Source: Acidobacteriota bacterium (lineage in GTDB: Bacteria > Acidobacteriota > Thermoanaerobaculia > Multivoradales > JAGPDF01). Taken from it: DNA of 64,000 nucleotides. A program made the translations under genes and the position numbers. Under the pieces are notes generated by a model. The model was not told where the DNA came from and did no database searches. It worked only from the letters and a program-made list of their open reading frames with translations. Positions 37,220 to 46,504 of the stretch are shown here, piece after piece (the stretch's first letter is position 1; each line of letters starts with the position of its first letter). The stretch spans positions 1,382 to 65,381 of the forward strand of contig JBDTNL010000014.1 in assembly GCA_039933785.1 (NCBI GenBank). The letters run 5' to 3'.

Positions 37220-38343
37220 CGACCCTCTCTCCTTCTTATCGCGCCGCGACGCTGGCGGTGTCCGTGCTGCCGTTCCTTCTTCTCGCCTGCGGCAAAGGCA
37301 ACCCGAAGTCCGCGGCGCCCCCCAGCATGCCGGTCGTGGTGGGCGCGGTAACGCGCGAAGACGTGCCGGTCGAATGGCGCGGCGTCGGCGCCATCGAGGC
37401 GATCAGCGCGGTCGCGGTGAAATCGCAGGTGGGCGGCGAGCTGGTTGGCGTCCATTTCCAGGAGGGGCAGGACGTCAAGCAGGGCGACCTCCTGTTCACC
37501 ATCGACGAGCGACCTTTCACCGCCGCCCTGCGTACGGCGCAGGCACAGCTCGAGCGCGATCGCGCGCTGGCGCAGAGCGCGCAATCCGAAGCCAAGCGCT
37601 ACGAGGAGCTGGTGAGCAAGGAGTTCGTGACCCGCTCGCAGACCGACGAGAAGAGCGCGCAGGCGGTCTCTTCGCAGGCCACCGTGCGCGCCGACGAAGC
37701 GCAACTGGAACGCGCCAAGCTCGATCTCCAGTACTGCCGCATCCTGGCGCCGCTCAGCGGACGCACCGGGAGCGTGGCGCTGAAGCAGGGCAACGTGGTC
37801 AAGGCCAACGACGACAAGCCGCTGGTGGTGATCCAGCAGATGGCGCCCATCCGGGCGGCGTTCTCGCTGCCGCAGCAGTTCCTCGGTCAAGTCCTGGCGC
37901 GCTCCAAGGCGTCGACGCTGATGGCGTCGGTGAAGGCACCCGAGGATCCCGGCCCGCCGCACACCGGCGCGCTGGTCTTCATCGACAACGCCGTCGACGC
38001 ATCGAGCGGCACGATCGCGGTCAAGGCGGAGTTCGCGAACCAGGATCGCCAGCTCTGGCCGGGTCAGTTCGTGAACGTGAACCTGGTGCTCGACACCGAC
38101 CAGGGCGTGGTGGTGGCTCCGAGCCAGGCGATCCAGGGCGGGCAGAACGGCGACTACGTGTTCGTGGTCAAGGAAGACCAGACGGTGGAGATGCGACCGG
38201 TCACGGTGCGCCGCGCCGCCGGCGACAAGACGGTGATCGACAAGGGTCTCGAGCCCGGGGAGCGCGTGGTGGTCGAGGGCCAGCTCCGCCTTCAACCCGG
38301 CGCGCACGTCGAGGTCCAGACGCCCAAGGCCCCGGCCGGCTAG
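37216..38343 (+). CDS. RND efflux periplasmic adaptor (membrane fusion protein, HlyD/AcrA family)
   Basis: ATGA overlap with tolC-like stop; lipoprotein signal LLLACG; coiled-coil and beta-barrel regions. Confidence 0.85.
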   Translation: MTTLSPSYRAATLAVSVLPFLLLACGKGNPKSAAPPSMPVVVGAVTREDVPVEWRGVGAIEAISAVAVKSQVGGELVGVHFQEGQDVKQGDLLFTIDERPFTAALRTAQAQLERDRALAQSAQSEAKRYEELVSKEFVTRSQTDEKSAQAVSSQATVRADEAQLERAKLDLQYCRILAPLSGRTGSVALKQGNVVKANDDKPLVVIQQMAPIRAAFSLPQQFLGQVLARSKASTLMASVKAPEDPGPPHTGALVFIDNAVDASSGTIAVKAEFANQDRQLWPGQFVNVNLVLDTDQGVVVAPSQAIQGGQNGDYVFVVKEDQTVEMRPVTVRRAAGDKTVIDKGLEPGERVVVEGQLRLQPGAHVEVQTPKAPAG

Positions 38344-38373
38344 GCGAGCGGCGAGAGCGCGGGAGACCTGCCG

Positions 38374-41300
38374 ATGAACATTGCCGAACTCTTCATTCGC
38401 CGCCCGGTCGCGACCACGCTGGTGATGCTGGCGATCTTGCTCGCCGGCATCATGGGTTACCAGCGCCTGGCGGTCAACGATCTGCCCAACGTCGATTATC
38501 CGACCATCAACGTCTCGGCGGTCCTGCCGGGCGCCAGCCCGGAGACCATGGCGGCGTCCGTCGCCACGCCGCTCGAACGACAGTTCTCGACTATCGCCGG
38601 CCTCGATGCGATGTCCTCGACCAGCGTTCTCGGCGGCACGTCGGTGACGCTGCAGTTCAACCTCTCGCGTGACCTCGACTCCGCGGCGCAGGATGTCCAG
38701 TCGGCGATCGCCGCGGCGGCCCGCCAACTGCCGCCCAACATGCCGAGCCCGCCGACGTACAACAAGAGCAATCCGGCGGCCTCGCCGATCCTGTATTTCG
38801 CCCTCACCTCGAAAACCATGCCCCTGCAGCGCCTCGACGAATACGGCGAGGTGATGATGGCGCAACGCATCTCGACGGTGTCGGGTGTAGCGCAGGTGAG
38901 CGTCTTCGGCGCCCAGAAGTTCGCCGTCCGCGTGCAGCTCGATCCCAAGGAGCTGGCGGCGCGCGGCATCGGTGTGAACGAGGTGCAGAGCGCCATCACC
39001 AGCAATAACGTCAACCTGCCGACCGGAGTTCTCTTCGGCAAGCAGCGCGCCTTCACCGTGCAGGCGAGCGGTCAGCTGCTCGACGCGGCGGCGTACCGGC
39101 CGCTGGTGGTCGGCTATCGCAACGGTTCGCCGGTCAGGCTGCAGGATGTCGCCCACGTCATCGACGGCGTCGAGGCCGACAAGGTGGCGAGCTGGTACAT
39201 CGACAAGAACGAAGCCCAGCGCTCGATCGTGCTCGCCGTGCAGCGTCAGCCGGGAACCAACACCGTCCAGGTGGCGAAGGACGTGCGCAAGCTCCTGCCC
39301 CTGTTCGAGCAGCAGCTGCCGGCGTCGGTGAAGCTCAACATGTTGTACGACCGCTCGGTGTCGATCCAGGCCTCGGTGAGCGATGTGAAATTCAGCCTGT
39401 TCCTGGCGCTCTGCCTGGTGGTGCTGGTGATCTTCTTGTTCCTGCGCAACCTCTCGGCGACGCTGATCCCGACTCTGGCGCTGCCGATGTCGATCATCGG
39501 CACGTTCGCCGTCATGTACGTGCTCGACTACAGCGTCGACAATCTCTCGCTGATGGCCTTGACCCTGTCGGTGGGCTTCGTCGTCGACGACGCGATCGTG
39601 ATGCTCGAGAACATCGTGCGCCACATGGAGATGGGGAAGACGCCGCTCCGCGCGGCGCTCGACGGCTCGCGCGAGATCGGGTTCACCATCGTTTCGATGA
39701 CCCTGTCGCTCACCGCCGTGTTCATTCCGGTGCTCCTCATGGGCGGCATCCTGGGGCGCTTGTTCCGGGAATTCGCGGTCACCATCACGGCCGCGGTCTT
39801 GATCTCGGGCTTCGTCTCGCTGACCCTGACGCCGATGATGTGCGCCATGTTCCTGCGCCACACCAAGAAGCGGGACGACGGAACGCCGGCGCACGGTCGC
39901 CTGTATGAGGCCATGGAACGCTTTTTCGACGCGCTCCTCGGAGGCTATCGCCGATCGCTCGACTGGGTGCTCGACCACCGCCGGTGGGCCGTGGCGGTGT
40001 TGGTGGCCTTGGTGGCGCTGCAAGTCTGGTTGTTCACCCTCGTCCCCAAGGGTTTTCTGCCGCTCGAAGACACCGGCTCGATCATCTGTTCGACCCTGGG
40101 ACCGGAAGGCATGTCGTTCGAGGCCATGGTCAAGGAGCAGACGAAGGCGGTCGAGATCATCCAGCAGCACCCGGCGGTCGACCAGTTCATGTCGTCGGTA
40201 GGTCGCGGCCGTGGCGGCGCCGCTTCGGCTACCAACGGCGGCATCATCTTCGTCCGCCTCAAGCCGCTCAACCAGCGTACCGAATCGGTCGACGACGTGA
40301 TCCGCGATCTGCGCGGCAAGCTCTCACGGCTACCGAACATCCAGGTCTTCTTGCAGAATCCGCCGCCCATCCAGCTGCCCGGCGCGGCGAGCCGGAGCCT
40401 TTACCAGCTCGCGCTCCAGGGTTCGGACACCAAGGAGCTCTACGCTTCGGCGGCGGCGCTCGAGACCACGATGCGCGGCATGACCGATCTCTTGGTGGAC
40501 GTGAACTCGGACCTGCAGATCAAGAACCCGACGGTGGCGATCGACATCAATCGCGACCGCGCGGCGGCGCTCGGCGTGTCCGCCCTGCAGATCGAGGACG
40601 CGCTCTATTCGGCGTACGGCTCGCGTCAGGTCTCGACCATCTTCACCTCCACGAACCAGTACCAGGTCATCCTCGAGAGCCGGCCGGAGGATCAACGCGA
40701 CCCGGCGGCGCTCAACATGCTCAAGGTGCGTTCGCAGAGCGGCGACCTGGTTCCCCTGTCGACTCTGGCAACGATTCGCAACACGGTGGGCCCGCTGAGC
40801 GTGGCGCACGTCGGGCAGCTGCCCGCGGTGACGATCTCGTTCGACCTGAAAAAGGGCGTGCCGCTCGGCGATGCGGTGGCGGCGGTGACCAAGGTGGCGG
40901 CGAAGAGCCTTCCGGCGACCGTGACCTATGGCTTCCAAGGCACCGCGCAGGCCTTCCAGGCGTCGGTTCAGGGCCTCAACCTGTTGCTGCTCCTGGCCAT
41001 CGCGGTGATTTATCTCGTACTCGGTATCTTGTACGAGAGCTTCATTCACCCCATCACCATCCTCTCGGCCCTGCCGCTCGCGGGGGTGGGAGCCCTCCTG
41101 ACCCTGCTGATCTTTCGCCAAGATCTCTCGCTTTACGCCTTCGTGGGTCTGATCATGCTGGTCGGCATCGTGAAGAAGAACGGCATCATGATGGTCGACT
41201 TCGCGATCGAGGCGCGCAAGCACGGCGCGACCGCGGTCGATGCCATTCGCGAGGCCTGCACGGTGCGCTTCCGACCCATCACCATGACCACCATGGCGGC

Positions 41301-41607
41301 GTTCATGGGCACCCTGCCGATCGCCCTCGGCCTCGGCGCGGGCGCTGAGTCGCGGCGGCCGCTCGGTCTCGCGGTAGTCGGCGGGTTGGTGTTCTCGCAA
41401 CTGCTGACGCTCTACATCACCCCGGTCGTGTACCTCTACATGGAGGCCTTCTCCGGCTGGCTCGGACGCAAGGCTCCGGGTCTGAGTGGTGGTGGAGAAG
41501 GCGCCGGCGAGAGCGACGGCGAGGCCGGAAAAGAGCTCGAGAAGACCCAACCCGGCGGGCGCGTGCCGCAAGCTGCCGCGTTCGCTCCCGCTGGCGGTCA
41601 CGACTAG
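38374..41607 (+). CDS. RND multidrug efflux permease (AcrB/MexB, HAE1 family), 1077 aa
   Basis: 12 TM + two large periplasmic loops; N-terminus MNIAELFIRRPVATTL typical of AcrB. Confidence 0.9.
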   Translation: MNIAELFIRRPVATTLVMLAILLAGIMGYQRLAVNDLPNVDYPTINVSAVLPGASPETMAASVATPLERQFSTIAGLDAMSSTSVLGGTSVTLQFNLSRDLDSAAQDVQSAIAAAARQLPPNMPSPPTYNKSNPAASPILYFALTSKTMPLQRLDEYGEVMMAQRISTVSGVAQVSVFGAQKFAVRVQLDPKELAARGIGVNEVQSAITSNNVNLPTGVLFGKQRAFTVQASGQLLDAAAYRPLVVGYRNGSPVRLQDVAHVIDGVEADKVASWYIDKNEAQRSIVLAVQRQPGTNTVQVAKDVRKLLPLFEQQLPASVKLNMLYDRSVSIQASVSDVKFSLFLALCLVVLVIFLFLRNLSATLIPTLALPMSIIGTFAVMYVLDYSVDNLSLMALTLSVGFVVDDAIVMLENIVRHMEMGKTPLRAALDGSREIGFTIVSMTLSLTAVFIPVLLMGGILGRLFREFAVTITAAVLISGFVSLTLTPMMCAMFLRHTKKRDDGTPAHGRLYEAMERFFDALLGGYRRSLDWVLDHRRWAVAVLVALVALQVWLFTLVPKGFLPLEDTGSIICSTLGPEGMSFEAMVKEQTKAVEIIQQHPAVDQFMSSVGRGRGGAASATNGGIIFVRLKPLNQRTESVDDVIRDLRGKLSRLPNIQVFLQNPPPIQLPGAASRSLYQLALQGSDTKELYASAAALETTMRGMTDLLVDVNSDLQIKNPTVAIDINRDRAAALGVSALQIEDALYSAYGSRQVSTIFTSTNQYQVILESRPEDQRDPAALNMLKVRSQSGDLVPLSTLATIRNTVGPLSVAHVGQLPAVTISFDLKKGVPLGDAVAAVTKVAAKSLPATVTYGFQGTAQAFQASVQGLNLLLLLAIAVIYLVLGILYESFIHPITILSALPLAGVGALLTLLIFRQDLSLYAFVGLIMLVGIVKKNGIMMVDFAIEARKHGATAVDAIREACTVRFRPITMTTMAAFMGTLPIALGLGAGAESRRPLGLAVVGGLVFSQLLTLYITPVVYLYMEAFSGWLGRKAPGLSGGGEGAGESDGEAGKELEKTQPGGRVPQAAAFAPAGGHD

Positions 41608-41613
41608 GCGGCG

Positions 41614-42270
41614 ATGGAGGCGGTCGCCGCAATCACCGCAGTCGATCACCTCCTGCTGGGCGCTCCGGATCTGGATCGTGGCGTTGCCTGGATCGAGGCG
41701 CGGGCCGGCGTTCGGGCTTCCGCCGGTGGCAGTCATCCCGGCAAGGGCACTCGCAACGCGCTCCTCGCGCTCGGCTCTCGCCGGTACCTCGAGATTCTGG
41801 CGCCGGATCCCGCGCAGCCAGCGATGTCGGGCCGCTTGGCGACCCGGCTCCAGCAAGTGGCCGGGCGCGAGCCGAGGCTCATCCTGTGGGCGGCGGCGAC
41901 AACCGATCTGGACGATTTGGTGCGCCGCGCCGGCGCCGCGAACCTCGAGCTGGAGGGCCCGCTCGCCGGATCGCGGTCGCGCCCCGACGGCGAGGTTGTC
42001 CGCTGGCGCGTCGCCATCGCGGTGGGCGCGACCGCCGACCGATTGGAGGGCGCCCTGCCCTTCTTCATCGAGTGGCAGACGCCGCTTCATCCTTCCCTGG
42101 ATTCTCCCGCCGGGTGCGATCTGCTGACCCTCGACCTTGCGAGCCCCTATCCCGACGAGCTCCGCGACGTCTTGGCCTGCCTCGGCATCGAGGCGGTCGT
42201 GCGGACCGCGAAACAGAACGGGCTCAGCGCCCGCTTGCAAACACCTCTCGGCGTTCTCGACCTCGAATAG
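41614..42270 (+). CDS. VOC (glyoxalase/bleomycin-resistance-like) family protein
   Basis: 218 aa; composition and length consistent with glyoxalase-like domain; starts 7 nt after RND stop. Confidence 0.55.
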   Translation: MEAVAAITAVDHLLLGAPDLDRGVAWIEARAGVRASAGGSHPGKGTRNALLALGSRRYLEILAPDPAQPAMSGRLATRLQQVAGREPRLILWAAATTDLDDLVRRAGAANLELEGPLAGSRSRPDGEVVRWRVAIAVGATADRLEGALPFFIEWQTPLHPSLDSPAGCDLLTLDLASPYPDELRDVLACLGIEAVVRTAKQNGLSARLQTPLGVLDLE

Positions 42271-42319
42271 CCTCCCGCGCGCCGCCGCGGCCCGGGAGCG
42301 CATCGGACCGGTTGCGTTT

Positions 42320-42343
42320 CGTTATATTTATTCTCATATATCG
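42320..42343. promoter_or_regulatory. AT-rich inverted repeat resembling a ModE operator, 32 nt upstream of modA
   Basis: CGTTATAT-ttattctc-ATATATCG (7/8 palindromic) in otherwise GC-rich DNA. Confidence 0.5.
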
Positions 42344-42374
42344 TAGAACCTTCGAAGGGATCGCAGAGCCGAGC

Positions 42375-43151
42375 ATGAAACGCACACCGACCCACTTTGC
42401 CCTCGTCGTTGCGTCGGCTCTCGCCACTCTTTCGAGCCTCGACGCGGCGGCGGCGAAGGCCGCCGATCTCACCGTGTTCGCCGCCGCCAGTCTGACCAAC
42501 GTCCTCCAGGAGCTCGGCACCGCGTACGAGACATCCGGCGGAGACCACGTCGTCTACAACTTCGGCGCGTCGAGCACCCTGGCGCGGCAGATCGACGAGG
42601 GCGCTCCGGCCGACGTCTTCTTCTGCGCCGACGAGGCCAAGATGGACGGCCTCGAGAAGCGGGGCGAGCTCGTCCCCGGCACGCGTTCGAGCCTGCTGTC
42701 GAATGCGCTCGTCATCGTGGTGGCGGCGGACTCCAAGATCAAGATCGCCAGTCCGCGCGACCTCACAACGTCGGCCATTCGTGTACTCGCCCTGGCCGAT
42801 CCGCAGACCGTACCGGCAGGGATCTACGCCAAGGCCTACCTACGCACCGCGGGCGTCTGGCACGACGTGATCGATAAAGTCGTGCCGACAGAGAACGTGC
42901 GCGCCGCCCTTTCCGCCGTCGAGGCTGGCAACGCCGAGGCGGCCATCGTCTACAGGACCGACGCCGCGATCTCGGTCAAGGTGCGCGTGGCCTTCGATGT
43001 TCCGCTGGTCGAGGCACCGAAAATCTCCTACCCCGTGGCGGTCCTCAAACAGAGCGCGAAGGTGGAAAACGCCAAGCGTTTCGTCGATTTCCTGAAATCG
43101 GCCGACGGGAAAGCCGCTTTCCGTCGTTACGGCTTCATCGTTCCCGACTGA
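42375..43151 (+). CDS. modA: Molybdate ABC transporter substrate-binding protein
   Basis: Signal peptide; ModA-type fold motifs (LTVFAAASL, NFGASS..L..QI..GAPADVF); no modB/modC follow. Confidence 0.85.
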   Translation: MKRTPTHFALVVASALATLSSLDAAAAKAADLTVFAAASLTNVLQELGTAYETSGGDHVVYNFGASSTLARQIDEGAPADVFFCADEAKMDGLEKRGELVPGTRSSLLSNALVIVVAADSKIKIASPRDLTTSAIRVLALADPQTVPAGIYAKAYLRTAGVWHDVIDKVVPTENVRAALSAVEAGNAEAAIVYRTDAAISVKVRVAFDVPLVEAPKISYPVAVLKQSAKVENAKRFVDFLKSADGKAAFRRYGFIVPD

Positions 43152-43195
43152 AGTCACCTCGCGTATCCTGTGGGCTGCGAGAGAGGAGCGCAAAA

Positions 43196-43741
43196 ATGAG
43201 CGCAAGCGAACAAATCACCCTGGGTGGCGGGTGTTTCTGGTGCATCGAGGCGGTGTTCGACGAGTTGCGCGGTGTCACGCGAGTGGAGTCCGGCTATGCC
43301 GGCGGCCAGCTCGCGAATCCGACCTACCGTGAGGTCTGCGACGGTGACACGGGCCACACCGAGGTGGTCCGGGTCACCTTCGATCCTGCGGAGATCTCGC
43401 TCGCCGACTTGCTGGGGGTCTTCTTCGTGGCCCACGATCCGACGACGCTCAATCGCCAGGGCGCCGATGCCGGCACGCAATATCGCTCAGCGATCTACTA
43501 TCTGAACGCCGAGCAGAAGCAAACCGCAGAGGCGGTCATGCGCGAAGTGGCGAGCTCCGCCCTGTGGGGCAAGGCGCCGCTCACGACCGAGCTGGCGCCG
43601 CTGGGCGACTTCTATCCCGCCGAGGACTACCATCGGGACTACTACCGCAACAATCCGAACCAGGGCTACTGCCGTGCGGTGATCGAGCCCAAGGTGGCTA
43701 AGGTGCGGAAGGAATTCCGCGATCGTCTCAAAAGAGCTTGA
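43196..43741 (+). CDS. msrA: Peptide methionine sulfoxide reductase A
   Basis: GCFWC active-site motif; RBS GAGAGGAG. Confidence 0.9.
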   Translation: MSASEQITLGGGCFWCIEAVFDELRGVTRVESGYAGGQLANPTYREVCDGDTGHTEVVRVTFDPAEISLADLLGVFFVAHDPTTLNRQGADAGTQYRSAIYYLNAEQKQTAEAVMREVASSALWGKAPLTTELAPLGDFYPAEDYHRDYYRNNPNQGYCRAVIEPKVAKVRKEFRDRLKRA

Positions 43742-43751
43742 GTTTTTGAGC

Positions 43752-43780
43752 TTGACAAGCTCGCGCCCCGCACCCACAAT
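43752..43780 (+). promoter_or_regulatory. Sigma-70-like promoter of the sulfate-assimilation leader transcript
   Basis: TTGACA-17 nt-CACAAT; predicted start ~43787, 3 nt before leader ATG (leaderless). Confidence 0.45.
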
Positions 43781-43789
43781 GCGCGCACG

Positions 43790-43903
43790 ATGCTGAATCG
43801 TGAAGTGCCCCCCTCATCGACCTACTCGCTGGCGCTCGTTTTGAGCTCCATGTGCTGTATGTGTCGCTGTATGACCCGACCCAGGGGTGCGCTCCGCGTG
43901 TAG
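43790..43903 (+). CDS. Candidate leader peptide (37 aa) rich in Cys and Met codons
   Basis: MLNREVPPSSTYSLALVLSSMCCMCRCMTRPRGALRV; 4 Cys + 3 Met in 8 consecutive codons; sits between promoter and terminator upstream of cysH. Confidence 0.5.
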   Translation: MLNREVPPSSTYSLALVLSSMCCMCRCMTRPRGALRV

Positions 43904-43947
43904 CTAGTCCATAAGATCCTGTCGAGCTTCAACCGACTGAATCCAAC

Positions 43948-43986
43948 GGCCCGCGGGTGCACCCCGCGGGCCGTTTTTGTTTTTCT
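43948..43986 (+). terminator. Intrinsic terminator / attenuator hairpin upstream of cysH
   Basis: GGCCCGCGGG-tgcac-CCCGCGGGCC (perfect 10 bp) followed by GTTTTTGTTTTTCT; then RBS AAGGAG and cysH GTG. Confidence 0.7.
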
Positions 43987-44009
43987 GATGCCGCCTCCAA
44001 GGAGATTTC

Positions 44010-44750
44010 GTGCCGGAACCTAGAAGACGAAGTGAGCTGTCGTTGGAATCGCCGGAGAACTCTTCGGCCGAGGCCTTGGTGGACTGGGTGGTGCGCCGTT
44101 TTCCGCGTCAGCGCATCGTCGCCACCACCGGCTTCGGTATGGAGGGCTGCGTGCTCATCGACCTCCTGTCACGCTTGCCGGTGCCGCCGCGGGTGGTCTA
44201 TCTCGACACCCACTTCCTGTTTCCCGAGACCTACTCCCTGCGCGACCGACTGGGGCGGCGCTACCCGCGAGTTCAGCTGGTCAACGCCGGCACGCGGCTG
44301 ACCGCCGAGCAGCAGGAGGCGGGCTTCGGGCCGCGCCTGTGGGAGACCGAGCCCGACCTCTGCTGCCGCTTGCGCAAGGTCGATCCCCTGCGCGGGGCTC
44401 TGCGACGCATGGACGTCTGGATCACCGGCCTGCGGCGCGGCCAGTCGGAGAGCCGGTCGGTCCTGCGCACTGTCGACTGGGACTGGCAGTACCAGGTGGT
44501 GAAGGTGAGCCCGCTCGCCGCGTGGTCGAGGGAGCAGGTCTGGAGCTACGTCCAGGAGCACGATGTGCCCTACAACACGCTCCATGAGCAGGGCTATCCC
44601 TCGATCGGCTGCACGCATTGCACGCGGCCCGTTGCGGGCGCCGCGATCGGCAGCTACTCGCGCGAGGGTCGCTGGACGGGCACCGGCAAGACCGAATGCG
44701 GCCTGCATCGGGCGCCGCCCGGGAGCGCGGCGTCTGAAGGACGGCAATGA
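44010..44750 (+). CDS. cysH: Phosphoadenosine-phosphosulfate/adenylylsulfate reductase (thioredoxin-dependent), Fe-S type
   Basis: PAPS-reductase fold; CC...SIGCTHCT cysteine cluster typical of APS reductases. Confidence 0.85.
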   Translation: MPEPRRRSELSLESPENSSAEALVDWVVRRFPRQRIVATTGFGMEGCVLIDLLSRLPVPPRVVYLDTHFLFPETYSLRDRLGRRYPRVQLVNAGTRLTAEQQEAGFGPRLWETEPDLCCRLRKVDPLRGALRRMDVWITGLRRGQSESRSVLRTVDWDWQYQVVKVSPLAAWSREQVWSYVQEHDVPYNTLHEQGYPSIGCTHCTRPVAGAAIGSYSREGRWTGTGKTECGLHRAPPGSAASEGRQ

Positions 44751-46504
44751 GCGCCCCGGCGATCGAGAAGGAGTCGAGCGCGGAAGGCATCAAGCGCGAG
44801 AGCGCCGGCCTGCGCGGCGACATCGCGGCCGAGCTCGCCGCACCCGGCAATCACTTCGAGGAGCACGACAAGCTGCTGCTCAAGTTTCACGGCATCTACC
44901 AACAGGACGATCGGGACTCGCGGGCCCAGGCTCGGGCGCGGGAAGGTGGAGGCAAGAGCTACTCGTTCATGGTGCGAGTGGCGATTCCGGGCGGTGCGCT
45001 CGATGCCGAGCAGTACCTCGAGCTCGACCGCCTCGCTGGGCAATTCGCGAACGGTTCGCTGCGGCTCACCACGCGGCAAGGCGTGCAGTTTCACGGCGTG
45101 CTCAAGGGCGATCTGAAGCCGGCGATCTCGCGCATCGATCAGGTGCTGCTCACTACGCTCGCGGCGTGCGGCGACGTTAGGCGAAATGTGATGGCTTGCC
45201 CGGCACCGCTTGCGGACCCGGCGCATCGCGCGGTGCAGGAGCTCGCGCGCGCCATCGCCCGCGACCTCGAGCCACGGAGCCGCGCCTACCATCAGATCTG
45301 GCTGGACGGGGAGCGGCTCCAAGCGGAGTCGCCCGGCGAAACCGTCGAGCCCTTCTATGGCACGCAGTACCTGCCGCGCAAGTTCAAGATTGCGGTGGCG
45401 CTCGACCGCGATAACTGCGTCGACGTGTACGCCTCGGACTGCGGGCTCATCGGGGTGAGCGAAGGCGGCCACGGTGGCCTGGTGATGGGCTACAACCTCA
45501 TCGCCGGCGGCGGTCTCGGCCTGACGCACAACAAGCCGGATACGTTCGCGCGACTCGCGACCGTTCTGGGTTCCGTCGCCCCGGTGCAGGCCGTCGAGGC
45601 GGTGCGCGCGGTGGCGGCGATCTTCCGCGACCACGGCAATCGCGCGGATCGACGGCACGCGCGGCTCAAGTACTTGATCGAGGAGTGGGGCGTCGCCAAG
45701 TTTCGGGCGGAGCTGCTCGTCCGCCTCGGTTGGCGCCTGCGCGAGCCGCTGCCGGTGGGCGAGCCCGACCAACACGATCACCTCGGCACGCACGAGCAGG
45801 GCGATGGGAAGGTTTTCCTCGGGGTGCACGTCGAGAGCGGCCGCATCGCCGATCGCGGCGAGAGCTTGCTGCGCACCGGACTCCGTGCGGTGATCGAGCG
45901 CTTTCGACCGGGTGTCCGCGTGACGCCGATGCAGAGCCTGCTGCTCACCGATCTCGAACCATCGGACGTTGCTGGGATTCGAGCTGAGCTCGCGGCGCAC
46001 GGCGTTGCCGACGTCGTCGAGACCCCGGGCTTGAGCGCGGTGCGGCGCTACGCGATGGCCTGCCCGGCGCTGCCGACATGTGGGCTGGCGCTTACCGATG
46101 CCGAACGCGCCTTGCCTGGCGTAGTGACCGACCTCGAGCGTGAGCTCGGGCAGCTGGGCGTCGCCGACCTGCCGCTCACCGTGCGGATGACCGGCTGCCC
46201 GAACGGCTGCGCGCGGCCGTACAACGCCGACATTGGAATCGTCGGCCGCAAACCGGGGGTGTACCACGTGCTGGTCGGCGGTGGGCTGAGTGGCGATCGA
46301 TTGGCGGATCTCTTCGCCGCCGACGTACCGGTCGAACGCATCGGCGAGGTCCTCCGGCCGCTCTTCAAACGGTTCGCCGCCGAACGCCAGCCTGGCGAAG
46401 GGTTGAGCGACTACTACCAGCGAGCGTTGGGCAGGGTGGAGGAGCGCCACCTGCTCACCGGCCGCGAGGCACCTACCGCATCGCGATTCGCGGAGCCCTC
46501 GTGA
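44747..46504 (+). CDS. Sulfite reductase hemoprotein (siroheme/Fe4S4, nitrite/sulfite reductase family)
   Basis: ATGA overlap with cysH; NiR/SiR ferredoxin-like half domains, C-terminal cysteine motif MTGCPNGCARP. Confidence 0.85.
   Translation: MSAPAIEKESSAEGIKRESAGLRGDIAAELAAPGNHFEEHDKLLLKFHGIYQQDDRDSRAQARAREGGGKSYSFMVRVAIPGGALDAEQYLELDRLAGQFANGSLRLTTRQGVQFHGVLKGDLKPAISRIDQVLLTTLAACGDVRRNVMACPAPLADPAHRAVQELARAIARDLEPRSRAYHQIWLDGERLQAESPGETVEPFYGTQYLPRKFKIAVALDRDNCVDVYASDCGLIGVSEGGHGGLVMGYNLIAGGGLGLTHNKPDTFARLATVLGSVAPVQAVEAVRAVAAIFRDHGNRADRRHARLKYLIEEWGVAKFRAELLVRLGWRLREPLPVGEPDQHDHLGTHEQGDGKVFLGVHVESGRIADRGESLLRTGLRAVIERFRPGVRVTPMQSLLLTDLEPSDVAGIRAELAAHGVADVVETPGLSAVRRYAMACPALPTCGLALTDAERALPGVVTDLERELGQLGVADLPLTVRMTGCPNGCARPYNADIGIVGRKPGVYHVLVGGGLSGDRLADLFAADVPVERIGEVLRPLFKRFAAERQPGEGLSDYYQRALGRVEERHLLTGREAPTASRFAEPS

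Noticed and set aside
36994-40170. 1058-aa and 657-aa minus-strand ORFs (36994-40170, 40330-42303) antisense to the RND efflux genes
   Set aside because: Arg/His/Asp-rich nonsense composition; the plus strand encodes unmistakable AcrB/MFP proteins.
42270-42375. Possible Moco riboswitch upstream of modA
   Set aside because: Only ~105 nt of spacer and none of the conserved Moco-RNA helices recognisable; an AT-rich DNA palindrome (ModE-type) is the simpler reading.
43880-43900. AGGGGTGCGCTCCGCG resembling a T-box (AGGGUGGnACCGCG) sequence
   Set aside because: Leader is only ~190 nt with no room for Stem I / specifier loop; a translatable Cys/Met mini-ORF plus antiterminator pairing explains it better.
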